The translations under genes and the position numbers were made by a program. Under the pieces are notes generated by a model, which made no database searches, was not told the origin of the DNA, and saw only the letters and a program-made list of their open reading frames with translations. DNA of 64,000 nt from Tubiluchus corallicola (Eukaryota > Animalia > Priapulida), in assembly GCA_030141605.1 (NCBI GenBank), contig JAQGDQ010000347.1:188130-252129 (forward strand), read 5' to 3'. How positions within the stretch are numbered: the first letter of the stretch is position 1; each line of letters starts with the position of its first letter. Shown here in pieces: positions 50,037 through 60,672 of this stretch.

Positions 50037-51122
50037 TTACAGCCCACTCTCTTTAAGCTTTTCAATATTCTCCTCAATTTGAAGCTTACTTATAATCTCC
50101 TCTATTTCACCATTTATAACTGCCGACAAATTATATAGTGTAAGACCGATACGGTGATCAGTAATCCGTCCCTGAGGATAGTTGTAAGTTCTGATTTTTG
50201 CTGAGCGATCTCCGGTAGAAACCATCGTCTTTCTTTTCGAGGAAATATCATCAAGATATTTCTGGTACTCCATATTGTAAATTCTTGTCCGCATCTCTGA
50301 CATTGCTTTAGTGAGATTTTTAAGTTGAGATTTCTCATCCTGACATGTTACGACAATTCCTGTAGGGAGATGCGTTAACCTAATAGCAGAGTATGTTGTA
50401 TTCACACTTTGCCCTCCCGGTCCAGAAGAGCAATATGTATCTTTTCTTATATCACTCTCTTTGAGCTCAACATCAAAATCATCAGCCTCAGGCAAAACAG
50501 CAACAGTAGCAGCCGAAGTATGTACCCTTCCCTGCGTCTCTGTTTGTGGTACACGCTGCACTCTATGCACTCCCGACTCATATTTAAGGAGCCCATAAAC
50601 CCCCACTCCTGTTACTTTAGATACAATCTCCTTAAATCCTCCTGAGGTTCCCTCTGTTACGCTAGTTACCTGGACATTCCAGTTTTTGGAATCACAGTAC
50701 TTAGAGTACATCCTGAACAGGTCTCCGGCAAAAATAGCAGCTTCATCTCCACCAGTGCCAGCCCTTATCTCCAATATTGCATTTTTTACATCCTCAGGAT
50801 CGGCCGGTACCAAGAGCATCTTTACTTCTTCTTCAAGTGAAGCGAGCCGGGGCTCTCCCTGCTCTATTTCCTCACGCGCCATCTCTCTTATATCTTCATC
50901 TTCTTCAGATAATAACATGTCGCGCGCATCTGCTATGTTTTTATTTAGTTTATTGTACTCGGAAAAGACTTTCATCAGCGACTCCAACTGTTTATACTCC
51001 TGATTGAGTTTAACATAACGCTTCATGTCTTTAATCACTTCAGGATCTGTAATCTGCTGACTTACATCTTCAAAGCGAATCTTTATGCCCTCATACTTAT
51101 CTGATAGCTTATTTTCATTCAT
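50037..51122 (-). CDS. prfA: Peptide chain release factor 1
   Basis: GGQ motif, PxT (PQT) determinant of RF1, IRTYNYPQGR. Confidence 0.97.
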   Translation of the reverse strand: MNENKLSDKYEGIKIRFEDVSQQITDPEVIKDMKRYVKLNQEYKQLESLMKVFSEYNKLNKNIADARDMLLSEEDEDIREMAREEIEQGEPRLASLEEEVKMLLVPADPEDVKNAILEIRAGTGGDEAAIFAGDLFRMYSKYCDSKNWNVQVTSVTEGTSGGFKEIVSKVTGVGVYGLLKYESGVHRVQRVPQTETQGRVHTSAATVAVLPEADDFDVELKESDIRKDTYCSSGPGGQSVNTTYSAIRLTHLPTGIVVTCQDEKSQLKNLTKAMSEMRTRIYNMEYQKYLDDISSKRKTMVSTGDRSAKIRTYNYPQGRITDHRIGLTLYNLSAVINGEIEEIISKLQIEENIEKLKESGL

Positions 51123-51173
51123 GTATTGAAAGCTGTAATTATTGTTTTAAATGGTAAAAAGCAAGCGATGATA

Positions 51174-52343
51174 TTAATAGGTGAATTCCCCAAATTCTGA
51201 ACTTATTGTTAATCTCTTCCCTTTAAATTTATCTACATACCCTACTATCTGTGCTTCAACATTAAAGCAATTGGAAACGTCGATAATGCCCTGCGCAGCC
51301 TCTTTATCTACATATAGCTCCAAACGATGCCCCATATTGAAAACTTTATACATCTCCTGCCAGCTTGTTCCGCTATGCTTTTGTATCAATTCAAATAGGT
51401 CAGGTATGGGAAACATGTTATTCTTAATGATATGTGCATTGTCAACAAAATTCAACACCTTGGACTGAGCACCTCCTGAGCAATGGATCATCCCAAATAT
51501 GCTGGTTCTGTATTCTTCGAGAACTTTTTTAATTACGGGAGCATACGTCCTGGTAGGAGAAAGGACCAATTTCCCCGCATCAATCCCGATTTCCTCTATT
51601 TTGTCAGTAAGTCTATGCACTCCGGTGTATACCAGCTCATCAGGAACTGCAGGATCAAAGCTTTCCGGGTATCTTTTTGCAAGATAATTATTAAAAATGT
51701 CGTGCCTTGCCGATGTCAGCCCGTTGCTTCCCATTCCTCCGTTGTACTCAGTCTCATAGACAGCCTGTCCCGATGATGAAAGTCCTACTATAATATTGCC
51801 GGGCTTAATATTTCCCGCCGAGATCACATGCTCTCTCCTCATCCTGCACGTTACGGTAGAGTCTACAACTATGGTTCTCACCAAATCGCCAATATCTGCA
51901 GTTTCACCTCCTGTAGGGTAGATAGATATGCCTTGCTTTCTCAACATATCACATACTTCCTCTGTTCCACGTATTATTTCGGCAATAACTTCACCCGGAA
52001 TATTGTTCTTATTGCGTCCTATTGTGGATGAAAGCAGCATATTATCCACCGCTCCGACACACAACAGGTCGTCAACATTCATAATTATTGAATCCTGGGC
52101 TATACCTCTCCACACCGAAAGATCGCCTGTCTCTTTCCAGTAAACATACGCCAGTGACGATTTTGTCCCTGCTCCATCGGCGTGCATTATATTACAATAT
52201 TCAGGGTCCCTACCAAGATAATCGGGTATAATTTTGCAAAAGGCCCCGGGGAAAAGTCCTTTATTTATATCTTTGATAGCGTTATGTACATCCTCTTTTG
52301 ATGCAGAGACGCCCCTGAGCTCATACCTGTGCTTTTCAGCCAT
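51174..52343 (-). CDS. purM: Phosphoribosylformylglycinamidine cyclo-ligase (AIR synthase, Bacteroidota type)
   Basis: RGVSASKEDVH, HADGAGTKS, GGETAD, HCSGGAQ, VFNMGHR. ATG at 52343 preferred. Confidence 0.9.
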   Translation of the reverse strand: MAEKHRYELRGVSASKEDVHNAIKDINKGLFPGAFCKIIPDYLGRDPEYCNIMHADGAGTKSSLAYVYWKETGDLSVWRGIAQDSIIMNVDDLLCVGAVDNMLLSSTIGRNKNNIPGEVIAEIIRGTEEVCDMLRKQGISIYPTGGETADIGDLVRTIVVDSTVTCRMRREHVISAGNIKPGNIIVGLSSSGQAVYETEYNGGMGSNGLTSARHDIFNNYLAKRYPESFDPAVPDELVYTGVHRLTDKIEEIGIDAGKLVLSPTRTYAPVIKKVLEEYRTSIFGMIHCSGGAQSKVLNFVDNAHIIKNNMFPIPDLFELIQKHSGTSWQEMYKVFNMGHRLELYVDKEAAQGIIDVSNCFNVEAQIVGYVDKFKGKRLTISSEFGEFTY

Positions 52344-52453
52344 AACAGATGTTAAATATTTGGAAAATATCCGGTAATTTCGGGTAGCGCTTTTAAACAA
52401 CACTACAAAACTAACATCTTTTGTTAAATTATCCCTTTTTGCATCTCCTCTTA

Positions 52454-54451
52454 TTAAGGGTCTGCTGTGTAAGTCTCCTTGTAGTCAGCAGAGACAATCC
52501 TAAACTCAATCCTTCTGTTTATTTGATGGCAAATCTCGCGTTGTCGTTCATCTGCAAGACCACTTATAAAGCTACAGGTCAATTTACTACCCTCCTCTAG
52601 GAAACCATGCTTATCGGCTAATTTTTTTGGCACTTTTTTTGGCACGGTATCTCCATACCCTCTCGCTGACAATCTTTTAGATGAGACACCCCTTGCAATA
52701 AGATAATCTACTACAGATTGCGCACGCTTTTGTGATAATCTAGAGTTGAATAGCTCGTTACCACGGCAGTCGGTATGTGCCATTAACTCAATGGTTACGG
52801 TGGGGTTAGCCTCCATTATGCTTACAAGAGTGTCAAGAGCGTTTAACGACTCATCCAGCAAATCCCACTTTTCAAACTCAAAGTAAATGTTGTCTACGTT
52901 TATTGTGTCTTTAGTTGGAGTTAGGCCTAACATTATATTGAAATTCTTGCTCCTGTCCAAACCGATAGTACTTATCGTCGCTTTTGCATTCAGGTACCCC
53001 TTCTTATACGCAGCAACAATATATTCCGTGTCAGGATTAAGCCTAAACCTGAATTTTTTATTGCTGCTGTTCTGCCTAACCATAGTCCCATCAGTTCCAA
53101 TAAGTCGCACTATTACATTTTTTATCAACGAGTTATCATCTTTGTTAAATACCTCCCCCTCCGCAATATAAACAATAGGAGGTAGTATAAATGAGAAGAT
53201 ATCATCACCACGAGTTCCGTGGCGATTGCTGGAAAACAGCCCCTTGTCTTTGCCCGGAATGAAGTATATTGAAAAGTCGTCTCCAAAAGAATTGATCGGA
53301 GGTTTAAGATTCTCTACCTCCCATTTGCCACTACTATTCTTTACTGCCTTAAAAATATCAAGCCCTCCCATGCCGGGATGAAAATCTGAAGCAAAGTACA
53401 GTTCTCCATTATCCCTTTCAAATGGAAACATTTCGTCGCCCGGAGTATTTATTTCCGGCCCTAGATTTACAGGCTCCCCCCATGACCCCGGACCCCTTTC
53501 TACCACCCATATATCTTTCCCCCCATATCCTCCCGGCATGTCAGATACAAAATATAGCTTGTTCCCATCATTAGAGAGAGAGGGATGGGCAGCAAGCAGA
53601 CTATCTTCTGTCAACTCAACCCGTACCGGTTCCTGCCATTGCCCTGATGATAGTGTTGATGAGTAAATTTCGGCTCCTACATGCTGTGTATTGTCATACC
53701 GGCATCTTGTAAAATACATCTCCGTCCCGGCGGGGTCAAAAGACGTTACTCCCTCATCCTCACTAGTGTTGATAGTGAAACTCTTATCAACAAGAGCAGG
53801 CTTATCCCATTTCCCCCGTTGCACATTGTAATGAGAAATAAAGATATCTGTATGCAGCTGACCGGTAATAGGACTTGTTTTTCGTCCCACCCCCCCTTTA
53901 CGAGAGCTGGTAAAATAAACTACATTATCACGCCTTCGGGAGTGAACCGCAGCAAAGTCGGAGGCGTTGGAATTGAGAGATTTAACATTCTCTATTTCAA
54001 AACGAGAAGGGTTGTTCTCCCACTCAATAATAAGGTTGCATGACTTTAGACCATTTATTGCATACTGATCTTCCGGGAATGAATCAAGGTAGGCATTGTA
54101 ATACACTATCGACTCTTCAAACTTTTCATTTGCCCTCAACACATCGGCATAGTGAAGTTTAGCAACAGTATTGCCATACCCTCTTGCTATAGCATTTTTG
54201 TAGTAAATTTCAGCTCTTTTATAGTTGCCTATATATTTGTAAGCCTCCGCAATCTTAAACTGTATCTCCGCTCTTTTATCTTTATCTTTTACTTTTCGAT
54301 ATAACTTTCTGTACCTGTTTAACGCTTTGTGATACTCCCCTATCTCATAAGCATTATCCGTTCTTCTCAACATCTTTGAAGTGGAGCAGGAAGCAACAAA
54401 AAGTGATAGCAAAAGGAATACAATATATTTAATCACTACTTGCTTTTTCAT
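52454..54451 (-). CDS. porE: PorE-like T9SS lipoprotein (TPR, PD40 propeller, carboxypeptidase-regulatory-like and OmpA domains)
   Basis: Lipobox VASC; TPRs; PD40 repeats (LYFVSDMPGGYGGKDIW, GMGGLDIF); OmpA domain HTDCRG...LSQKRAQSVV...NRRIEF. Confidence 0.8.
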   Translation of the reverse strand: MKKQVVIKYIVFLLLSLFVASCSTSKMLRRTDNAYEIGEYHKALNRYRKLYRKVKDKDKRAEIQFKIAEAYKYIGNYKRAEIYYKNAIARGYGNTVAKLHYADVLRANEKFEESIVYYNAYLDSFPEDQYAINGLKSCNLIIEWENNPSRFEIENVKSLNSNASDFAAVHSRRRDNVVYFTSSRKGGVGRKTSPITGQLHTDIFISHYNVQRGKWDKPALVDKSFTINTSEDEGVTSFDPAGTEMYFTRCRYDNTQHVGAEIYSSTLSSGQWQEPVRVELTEDSLLAAHPSLSNDGNKLYFVSDMPGGYGGKDIWVVERGPGSWGEPVNLGPEINTPGDEMFPFERDNGELYFASDFHPGMGGLDIFKAVKNSSGKWEVENLKPPINSFGDDFSIYFIPGKDKGLFSSNRHGTRGDDIFSFILPPIVYIAEGEVFNKDDNSLIKNVIVRLIGTDGTMVRQNSSNKKFRFRLNPDTEYIVAAYKKGYLNAKATISTIGLDRSKNFNIMLGLTPTKDTINVDNIYFEFEKWDLLDESLNALDTLVSIMEANPTVTIELMAHTDCRGNELFNSRLSQKRAQSVVDYLIARGVSSKRLSARGYGDTVPKKVPKKLADKHGFLEEGSKLTCSFISGLADERQREICHQINRRIEFRIVSADYKETYTADP

Positions 54452-54679
54452 TTGGTTAGGTAAAAATATATCCTCCACAACTCCATATTGGGTTATATTT
54501 TTGTCTGTCCTTTGCTATTTATTACATACAGTCTCACAAATAGTATTATTTAAGTATAGCAGCTACTATTTTTACAACGCACAGCCGCTCGTATTATTTG
54601 GTTCTATTCTTATTTTTCGCTCATAGCGGCTTTTGTAAAAAGGTGCAATAAAAGTAGCATGCATTACTATTTATGGCTT

Positions 54680-55453
54680 TCAGTACTGTTTTGTGGATAA
54701 CACTTCTGACTGATTAGTATTGTCCTCATTCACTAGGTATCGTAGAGGGCTGTACTGTTTTAATTCCTTTTCCAACTCTTCCAGATTATAAAAAAACCCT
54801 TTCATAGTAGACTTGAATGAAGCTCCGTGATTCTTTATTTTTGTGTGTACCAGTTCGTGCACAATAACCATATCGATGATCCTTTTAGGAAGGCGCATCA
54901 AGTGAAGGTTTAAGTTTATATTATTCAGGTTTGAGCAACTTCCCCAACTTGATCTATTATTTTTAATAGCAATGCGGTTGAAGGCGAACCCATGTTTTTT
55001 TGACAACGCCTCTACTCGCAAAGGGAGATACTCCTGCGCCTCTTTACGTAATGTCTCATCAATCGTGTATTTTAATGCTTTTTGTGCTTCAGGAAGGTTA
55101 AAATCAATATGCTTAGGGAAATAAAAAATAGTAGTAGAGGCTGATTCATTAAACTCTACATTAATGAAATTACACTCAGAGATAGTAAGCTTATATTGAT
55201 AGCCCGGAGTTGAGAAAAGTACGCCAGGCCTAAACAGAACAACACACTTTTTTGCAGGAATTTTCTTTAATGATTTTATTACCCATTCCCTGTTTTGCGA
55301 AACAATATACTCCCCCTTCCTAAAAGAGATGTATGTAGGTAGTGAAACCCTTGTTTCATCAGAGCTTACTGTTATCCGTACTCTCTTCGCCCTGCTATTT
55401 TTTACAAGCCTAACTTTTCCTATATCTTGCAAGGTTATTATCTTTTCACCCAT
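54680..55453 (-). CDS. YgjP/DUF45 (M48-like) metal-dependent hydrolase
   Basis: SSWGSCS, INLNLHL, VHELVH, KNHG..F. Confidence 0.88.
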   Translation of the reverse strand: MGEKIITLQDIGKVRLVKNSRAKRVRITVSSDETRVSLPTYISFRKGEYIVSQNREWVIKSLKKIPAKKCVVLFRPGVLFSTPGYQYKLTISECNFINVEFNESASTTIFYFPKHIDFNLPEAQKALKYTIDETLRKEAQEYLPLRVEALSKKHGFAFNRIAIKNNRSSWGSCSNLNNINLNLHLMRLPKRIIDMVIVHELVHTKIKNHGASFKSTMKGFFYNLEELEKELKQYSPLRYLVNEDNTNQSEVLSTKQY

Positions 55454-55616
55454 TGTAGAAGCCCCCTTCTTACTTTATATTATAGACACCTTGAAACCCA
55501 TCTTTTTGCCAAATTCACTTCAAAGTCTTCATTTATATCAGCAAGCTATGCCCTTTTATCAATCTGAACCAGAATACTTAGCCTTGTAAAAGCCTAACAC
55601 TTTTATCTTGCAGTTT

Positions 55617-56713
55617 CTAATGAGTGTGCTTTTCACGCTTGAAGCTACGCTTTATCCATACAGGTAAAATAATTGCACCTATGAAAAGGAATGGGTAGTA
55701 GCTGACAAATCTCCATACTATGGACATCAGGCTTGCAAACCCTTTAGGGATGAATATATTCATATATTCAAGGAAGATAACTTCTGAAAAACCTGCCCCT
55801 CCCGGAGTAGGTGCCACCATTGTCATAATCCACATCACCAGTTGCCGCGCAAAGATATGGGCGTGATCGTGCATAGAAAGAAGTAGCTGCTCTATGTTTT
55901 CATTTGTCCCAGCCAGCAGTGCGAGGATAAGAAAGTTCGCTACCCAGTAGCGGGATGTCCACGAGAAAAACGTAAAAATAAAATTTTTTATCCAAAACTT
56001 TAAAGGGCGGTGAGAAAGCTCCTCTGATGCTCTTATGATTTCGTCACCGGCATCTTTAGCTTTATCTCTCCATTTCCTAAGCATGGATAGCTTAAACAGT
56101 GTTAGAAGCAGTTTTTTTATTGCCCTGGGATTTATAAATAGCCCGTATCCAACAAGTGATATGATTACCAATTTCAACGCATAGCCTGCCATGGCAAAAT
56201 AGAAGTACTTATTGTGTAAAACAGAGGTTGTGCTTTCACCTCCTAACTGAAACAGGCCTACCCATCCCCCTAACCATAATATTATAGGGAACATGATAAT
56301 AAAATATAGCTCATCAAGAAAAAATGTGGCCAGTACAACAGCCGAACCTCGACCTATTGAGAGACCCTCTTTATAGAGAAACAGCAGAGCAACAGAAGTA
56401 CCACCTATTGCGGATGGGGTTACTGATGATGCAAATTCCCATAGTAGAGTAATTCTTAAGCATTGAAAAAGAGACAGTTTTTTATCGGACAGATAGTATA
56501 GCCTCAATATGTACCCATTTCCCGACATACCAACATCAAAACTGCAAGGAAAAGCCACATAATAGCCCACCATGAAAACTCAAAATCGAGTAGCGAAGGA
56601 GGGGTCTCTTCACGCAATATAATAAAAACACCAACAGCTATACCTATCAAAGCAGGTATAACTACCCTGCCCGGATGTACTTTGCCAACTATTTTATGCT
56701 GCCCCTTTGCCAT
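55617..56713 (-). pseudogene. Lysylphosphatidylglycerol-synthase TM-domain (YbhN/UPF0104) membrane protein, frameshifted
   Basis: N-terminus MAKGQHK...LMLVCREMG (ORF 56504..56713) continues in another frame as YILRL...WEFASSVTPSAIGG...PTPGGAGFSE...WRFVSYY; one base is missing near 56514. Could be a sequencing error. Confidence 0.75.
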
Positions 56714-57164
56714 ATTGTATTTTTCATTATGTTGCCAAAAAGTTAAGCTTGTAAAAGCTCAACTTTAAAATGCAATTTGCTTGTATTTTATCACTATAGC
56801 GTTACTTTACATTTATCAAAGAATATCTTAAGCTTATAGTATTACTACAAACAAATAGCAAATATGAATAAAAAAGTTGAATCTGTATTTTACAAAAGTC
56901 TTTTGCACACATTAGGGAGTTAAAATTTTAAAAAATTTTGATGAAAATCATAAAAAGATGAGTTTTACAAAAACCTTTCCAACATATACTTAAAGCAACT
57001 TCTTCTAAAAGAATTATAAATAAAGTGCCAATACAAGGCAAAGTGTGCACAGGTAATTATCTTTTAAAAAGCTAAAACCCAAAAGCAACCTGATTGCACT
57101 CACTGGCAAGGAATGTTTAAAAACAATCTAAAAAAATATAAGCAGGTGAAAAACGAAAATCAGT

Positions 57165-57172
57165 TACCTTTG
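57165..57172 (+). promoter_or_regulatory. -7 promoter box for rsmG
   Basis: TACCTTTG about 50 bp upstream of the start. Confidence 0.5.
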
Positions 57173-57224
57173 CAAGGGTCTCATCCATTTTAAGAAATAC
57201 AAAAAGCAGAGTAAAATAGGTAGG

Positions 57225-57860
57225 TTGAAAAAATCAGATATACAAATAATTATAAAATACTTTCCCCATTTAACACCTGAGCAGACAGAGCAGTTTTCTA
57301 TTATAGGAGAGTTATACAGGGTATGGAACGAAAAAATTAACGTTATATCACGAAAAGATATAGATAATATATATGTTCATCATGTACTACACTCACTTGC
57401 CATATCAAAAATTGTTGACTTTACTCCGGGCAGCATAGTACTAGACGTAGGAACAGGGGGTGGGTTTCCCGGTATTCCCCTGGCGATACTATATCCTGAT
57501 GTTAAATTTTTGCTTATTGATTCCATTAAGAAAAAAATAAAGGTTGTCAATGAGGTTACTGCCCGGCTGGAGCTAAATAATGTTGAAGGCAGGCAACAGA
57601 GAGTGCAGAAGATAACCGACAGATTTGATTTTATTATAAGTAGAGCAGTTACAGCGTTCCCAAAATTTGTGAACATGGTGAGGAAAAATATATCTCTAAC
57701 CCATAAAAATGCTATACCAAACGGTATATTATATTTAAAAGGAGGTATTTTTGAAGATGAGATAAGTCAGTACAAAAAAAGCATTGAAGTGTTTGATTTG
57801 TCAAGCCACTTTGATGAAGATTTTTTTAGAACAAAAAAGGTTATTTTTTTGCCATGCTGA
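57225..57860 (+). CDS. rsmG: 16S rRNA m7G527 methyltransferase
   Basis: WNEKINVISR, HVLHSL, SAM motif LDVGTGGGFPGIPLAI, SRAV, YLKG. Confidence 0.96.
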   Translation: MKKSDIQIIIKYFPHLTPEQTEQFSIIGELYRVWNEKINVISRKDIDNIYVHHVLHSLAISKIVDFTPGSIVLDVGTGGGFPGIPLAILYPDVKFLLIDSIKKKIKVVNEVTARLELNNVEGRQQRVQKITDRFDFIISRAVTAFPKFVNMVRKNISLTHKNAIPNGILYLKGGIFEDEISQYKKSIEVFDLSSHFDEDFFRTKKVIFLPC

Positions 57861-58014
57861 TTGCTATAAATGTTGTGTTAGTAAATATTTTGCCCCACCT
57901 TTACCACTCCCGGGGGTATGTATAGAAGCTAACTCCTTAACTTGTTATCTAATTGGGCTTAAAAGTCTCATTTTTATAATTTTAACTTTTTTACGCTTTT
58001 TAGTTGAATCTGAC

Positions 58015-60534
58015 ATGACTGAGTCCCACAAAAAAATAGAGGGTTGCTCTTTTGTAAACGTTATTTTACCACTCCCTTTGCGAAAAGCGCTTACTTATGA
58101 AATACCGGAAAAATATAGGAGAAAGTTGACTATCGGTATGCGTGTTATTGTTCAGCTTGGGAGAAGGAAATATTACTCCGCCATTGTGAGTGAACTTCAT
58201 AACATAAAGCCTTGTGAGTTTGACACAAAGCCAATCGAATCGGTACTTGATGAGAAGCCAATAGTGTCTGAAAAACAACTTGAGTTTTGGAGATGGATTT
58301 CTGCCTACTACCAATGCAGTGAAGGAGAGGTCCTAAAGGCAGCTCTACCCCCCGGCTTAAAATTAGAGAGTGATATACATATTGCTTGCAATACAAAATT
58401 TAGCAAACAAGAGTGTGACCAGTTTACTATACACGAAAATGCGCTGTATAACCTGGTGAGCAGTAAAAAGAGAGTCTCTGTACAGCAACTGAGCTCCTCC
58501 TTTAAAGCCACACCCGCCCTCCCTATTATTAAATCCTTACTATCCAAAGGGGCTATTCTAACAGAGGAGAACATCAAAGATGGTTACAAGCCAAGGTTAG
58601 AAACATGTGTGAGGCTCTCAAAGAAAATAAAAAGCGAAGCAGATATAAGCTCTACACTGGCATATCTCAAAAGAGCAAAAAAGCAACAACAACTGTTTAT
58701 CGCATTATCAAAACTGGCCGGCAAAGAGTTGAACGGGAAGGAGGGAGTAAGGAAAAAAGAACTTCTTGCCAGAAGCGGTGCCGGAGTATCATCCCTGTCC
58801 GGATTGGTGTCAAAAGGGGTTGTTGAAATTTTTGAAAGGGAGGTAGACCGACTGGAGGCATATAGTGGTGAAATAAGGGAAGCATCACAGCTATCACCGG
58901 CACAGGAGAAAGCATACAGCGAAATACGTACAGCATTCACAGCCAAATTGACAGTGCTGCTTCATGGAGTTACATCCAGTGGAAAGACAGAAATATACAT
59001 TAAGCTGATTAAGGAGTATATTAATAATGGCAAGCAAGTACTGTTTATGCTACCCGAGATTGGGCTGGCTTCCCAGATCATATCACGGTTAAGTCCGATC
59101 TTTGGTAATATTATAAACATATATCATTCAAAGCTTAGTAGCTCAGAACGCGTAGAGGTGTGGAATAAAATGCTCAATTTCAGGCACTCTAAAGAGAGTG
59201 AAATTTTCCCTGATCAACTTCAGTTAATAGTAGGAGCGCGCTCCTCCATCTTTTTACCATTCAAAAATCTGGGATTGATAATAGTTGACGAAGAGCATGA
59301 AAACAGCTATAAACAGTTTGATCCTGCACCTCGATATCATGCACGCGATGCTGCTATTATGCTGGCGTGCCAGACAGGTGCCAAGGTTCTTCTGGGAACG
59401 GCTACACCATCTATTGAATCCTATTTCAACGCACAGAGTGGTAAATACGGGTTTGTGCAACTACCCGAACGCTTCAAGAATATTAAAATGCCGGAGATCA
59501 TTACAGTAGATGTAAGGCGGGCATATCGTAAAAAATTAATGCGTTCCCATTTCACCCCTCCGCTATTTAAGGAGATCGAATATGCATTAAAGCAAAAAGA
59601 ACAGGTTATTTTATTCCAGAACAGGCGTGGTTTTGCGCCTTTTACCACATGCTTATCATGCGGGTGGATACCTCGTTGCAATAGCTGTAATGTCAGCCTC
59701 ACGTATCATAAGCGTAGCAATACACTCTCCTGTCACTATTGTAGTTACTCCGTGTCTTACCCCACAGAGTGCAGATCGTGTGGAGAGAGCTCATTAAGCA
59801 CCAAAGGCTTTGGAACGGAGAAGATTGAGAGCAAAATTGCTGCTATCTTCCCTAAAGCAAGAGTTGCCCGCATGGATATGGACACAACTAGGACCAAAAA
59901 TGCATACAACAGGATAATAGGCATGCTTGAGGCAAGAGAGGTCGACATCCTTATCGGAACACAGATGGTTACTAAGGGGCTAGATTTTGAGCATGTTAGT
60001 GTTGTTGGTATCCTGAATGCCGACAACATGTTAAACTTCCCCGATTTTAGAGCATATGAGCGAAGCTATCAGCTTATGGCACAGGTTAGTGGCAGAGCAG
60101 GGAGAAAGCATAGAAGAGGGAAGGTGATCATACAAACATCAGATCCGGGAAACAAAATCATTCTCCATGTAATGAATAACGACTACAGGTCAATGTATAA
60201 TGATCAAATTGCAGAGAGAGCATATTTCAAATATCCTCCCTTCTTCAGGCTCATTGGAATAACACTAAAGCACAAGAGTAAAGATAAGGTAGACAGCATA
60301 TCAGAGCTTACAGCAATGCTTTTACGTAAAAAGTTTAATAATCGAGTTTTAGGACCAGAGTATCCGGCTGTCAATCGCATACAGGCATTATATCTAAAAA
60401 AAATCTGGCTTAAGCTGGAACGTAGCACATCAATGTCTGATGCAAAAAAGCATTTGCAAGACATTTTACATAAAGTAAAAGAGGTAGATGGAAATAAAGC
60501 GGTACAAGTTATTATTGATGTTGACTCAATGTAG
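58015..60534 (+). CDS. priA: Primosomal protein N' (replication restart helicase)
   Basis: GVTSSGKT, DEEHE, NRRGF, two CxxC-pair zinc fingers, KGLDF, QVSGRAGR. ATG at 58015 preferred over the track start at 57784. Confidence 0.96.
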   Translation: MTESHKKIEGCSFVNVILPLPLRKALTYEIPEKYRRKLTIGMRVIVQLGRRKYYSAIVSELHNIKPCEFDTKPIESVLDEKPIVSEKQLEFWRWISAYYQCSEGEVLKAALPPGLKLESDIHIACNTKFSKQECDQFTIHENALYNLVSSKKRVSVQQLSSSFKATPALPIIKSLLSKGAILTEENIKDGYKPRLETCVRLSKKIKSEADISSTLAYLKRAKKQQQLFIALSKLAGKELNGKEGVRKKELLARSGAGVSSLSGLVSKGVVEIFEREVDRLEAYSGEIREASQLSPAQEKAYSEIRTAFTAKLTVLLHGVTSSGKTEIYIKLIKEYINNGKQVLFMLPEIGLASQIISRLSPIFGNIINIYHSKLSSSERVEVWNKMLNFRHSKESEIFPDQLQLIVGARSSIFLPFKNLGLIIVDEEHENSYKQFDPAPRYHARDAAIMLACQTGAKVLLGTATPSIESYFNAQSGKYGFVQLPERFKNIKMPEIITVDVRRAYRKKLMRSHFTPPLFKEIEYALKQKEQVILFQNRRGFAPFTTCLSCGWIPRCNSCNVSLTYHKRSNTLSCHYCSYSVSYPTECRSCGESSLSTKGFGTEKIESKIAAIFPKARVARMDMDTTRTKNAYNRIIGMLEAREVDILIGTQMVTKGLDFEHVSVVGILNADNMLNFPDFRAYERSYQLMAQVSGRAGRKHRRGKVIIQTSDPGNKIILHVMNNDYRSMYNDQIAERAYFKYPPFFRLIGITLKHKSKDKVDSISELTAMLLRKKFNNRVLGPEYPAVNRIQALYLKKIWLKLERSTSMSDAKKHLQDILHKVKEVDGNKAVQVIIDVDSM

Positions 60535-60672
60535 ATACAAAGCTATTATGATACCTTTGCTACAAAGCATACTCTTTATTTATACTTTTTGCCAGGGGGT
60601 GCTTTCAAAATTACAACCCCATTGTAAAACTCATTTACATCGGTAATCTGTAACTCCTCACCAGGTTTTTAC

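Noticed and set aside
54692-54700. Perfect DnaA box (TGTGGATAA)
   Set aside because: Single copy inside the last codons of a gene; expected by chance in 64 kb.
56714-57224. 510-bp AT-rich divergent intergenic region next to rsmG (gidB) as a possible oriC
   Set aside because: No cluster of DnaA boxes; only 2-mismatch matches such as TTTTGCACA. Divergent promoters explain it adequately. Genome-wide GC skew would be needed.
57784-58014. N-terminal extension of PriA in the ORF track
   Set aside because: Overlaps rsmG, starts at TTG and has no PriA-like sequence; ATG at 58015 fits better.
60552-60559. TACCTTTG -7 box pointing antisense into the phosphoesterase 3' end
   Set aside because: No -33 element or downstream ORF; a short motif match is insufficient evidence.
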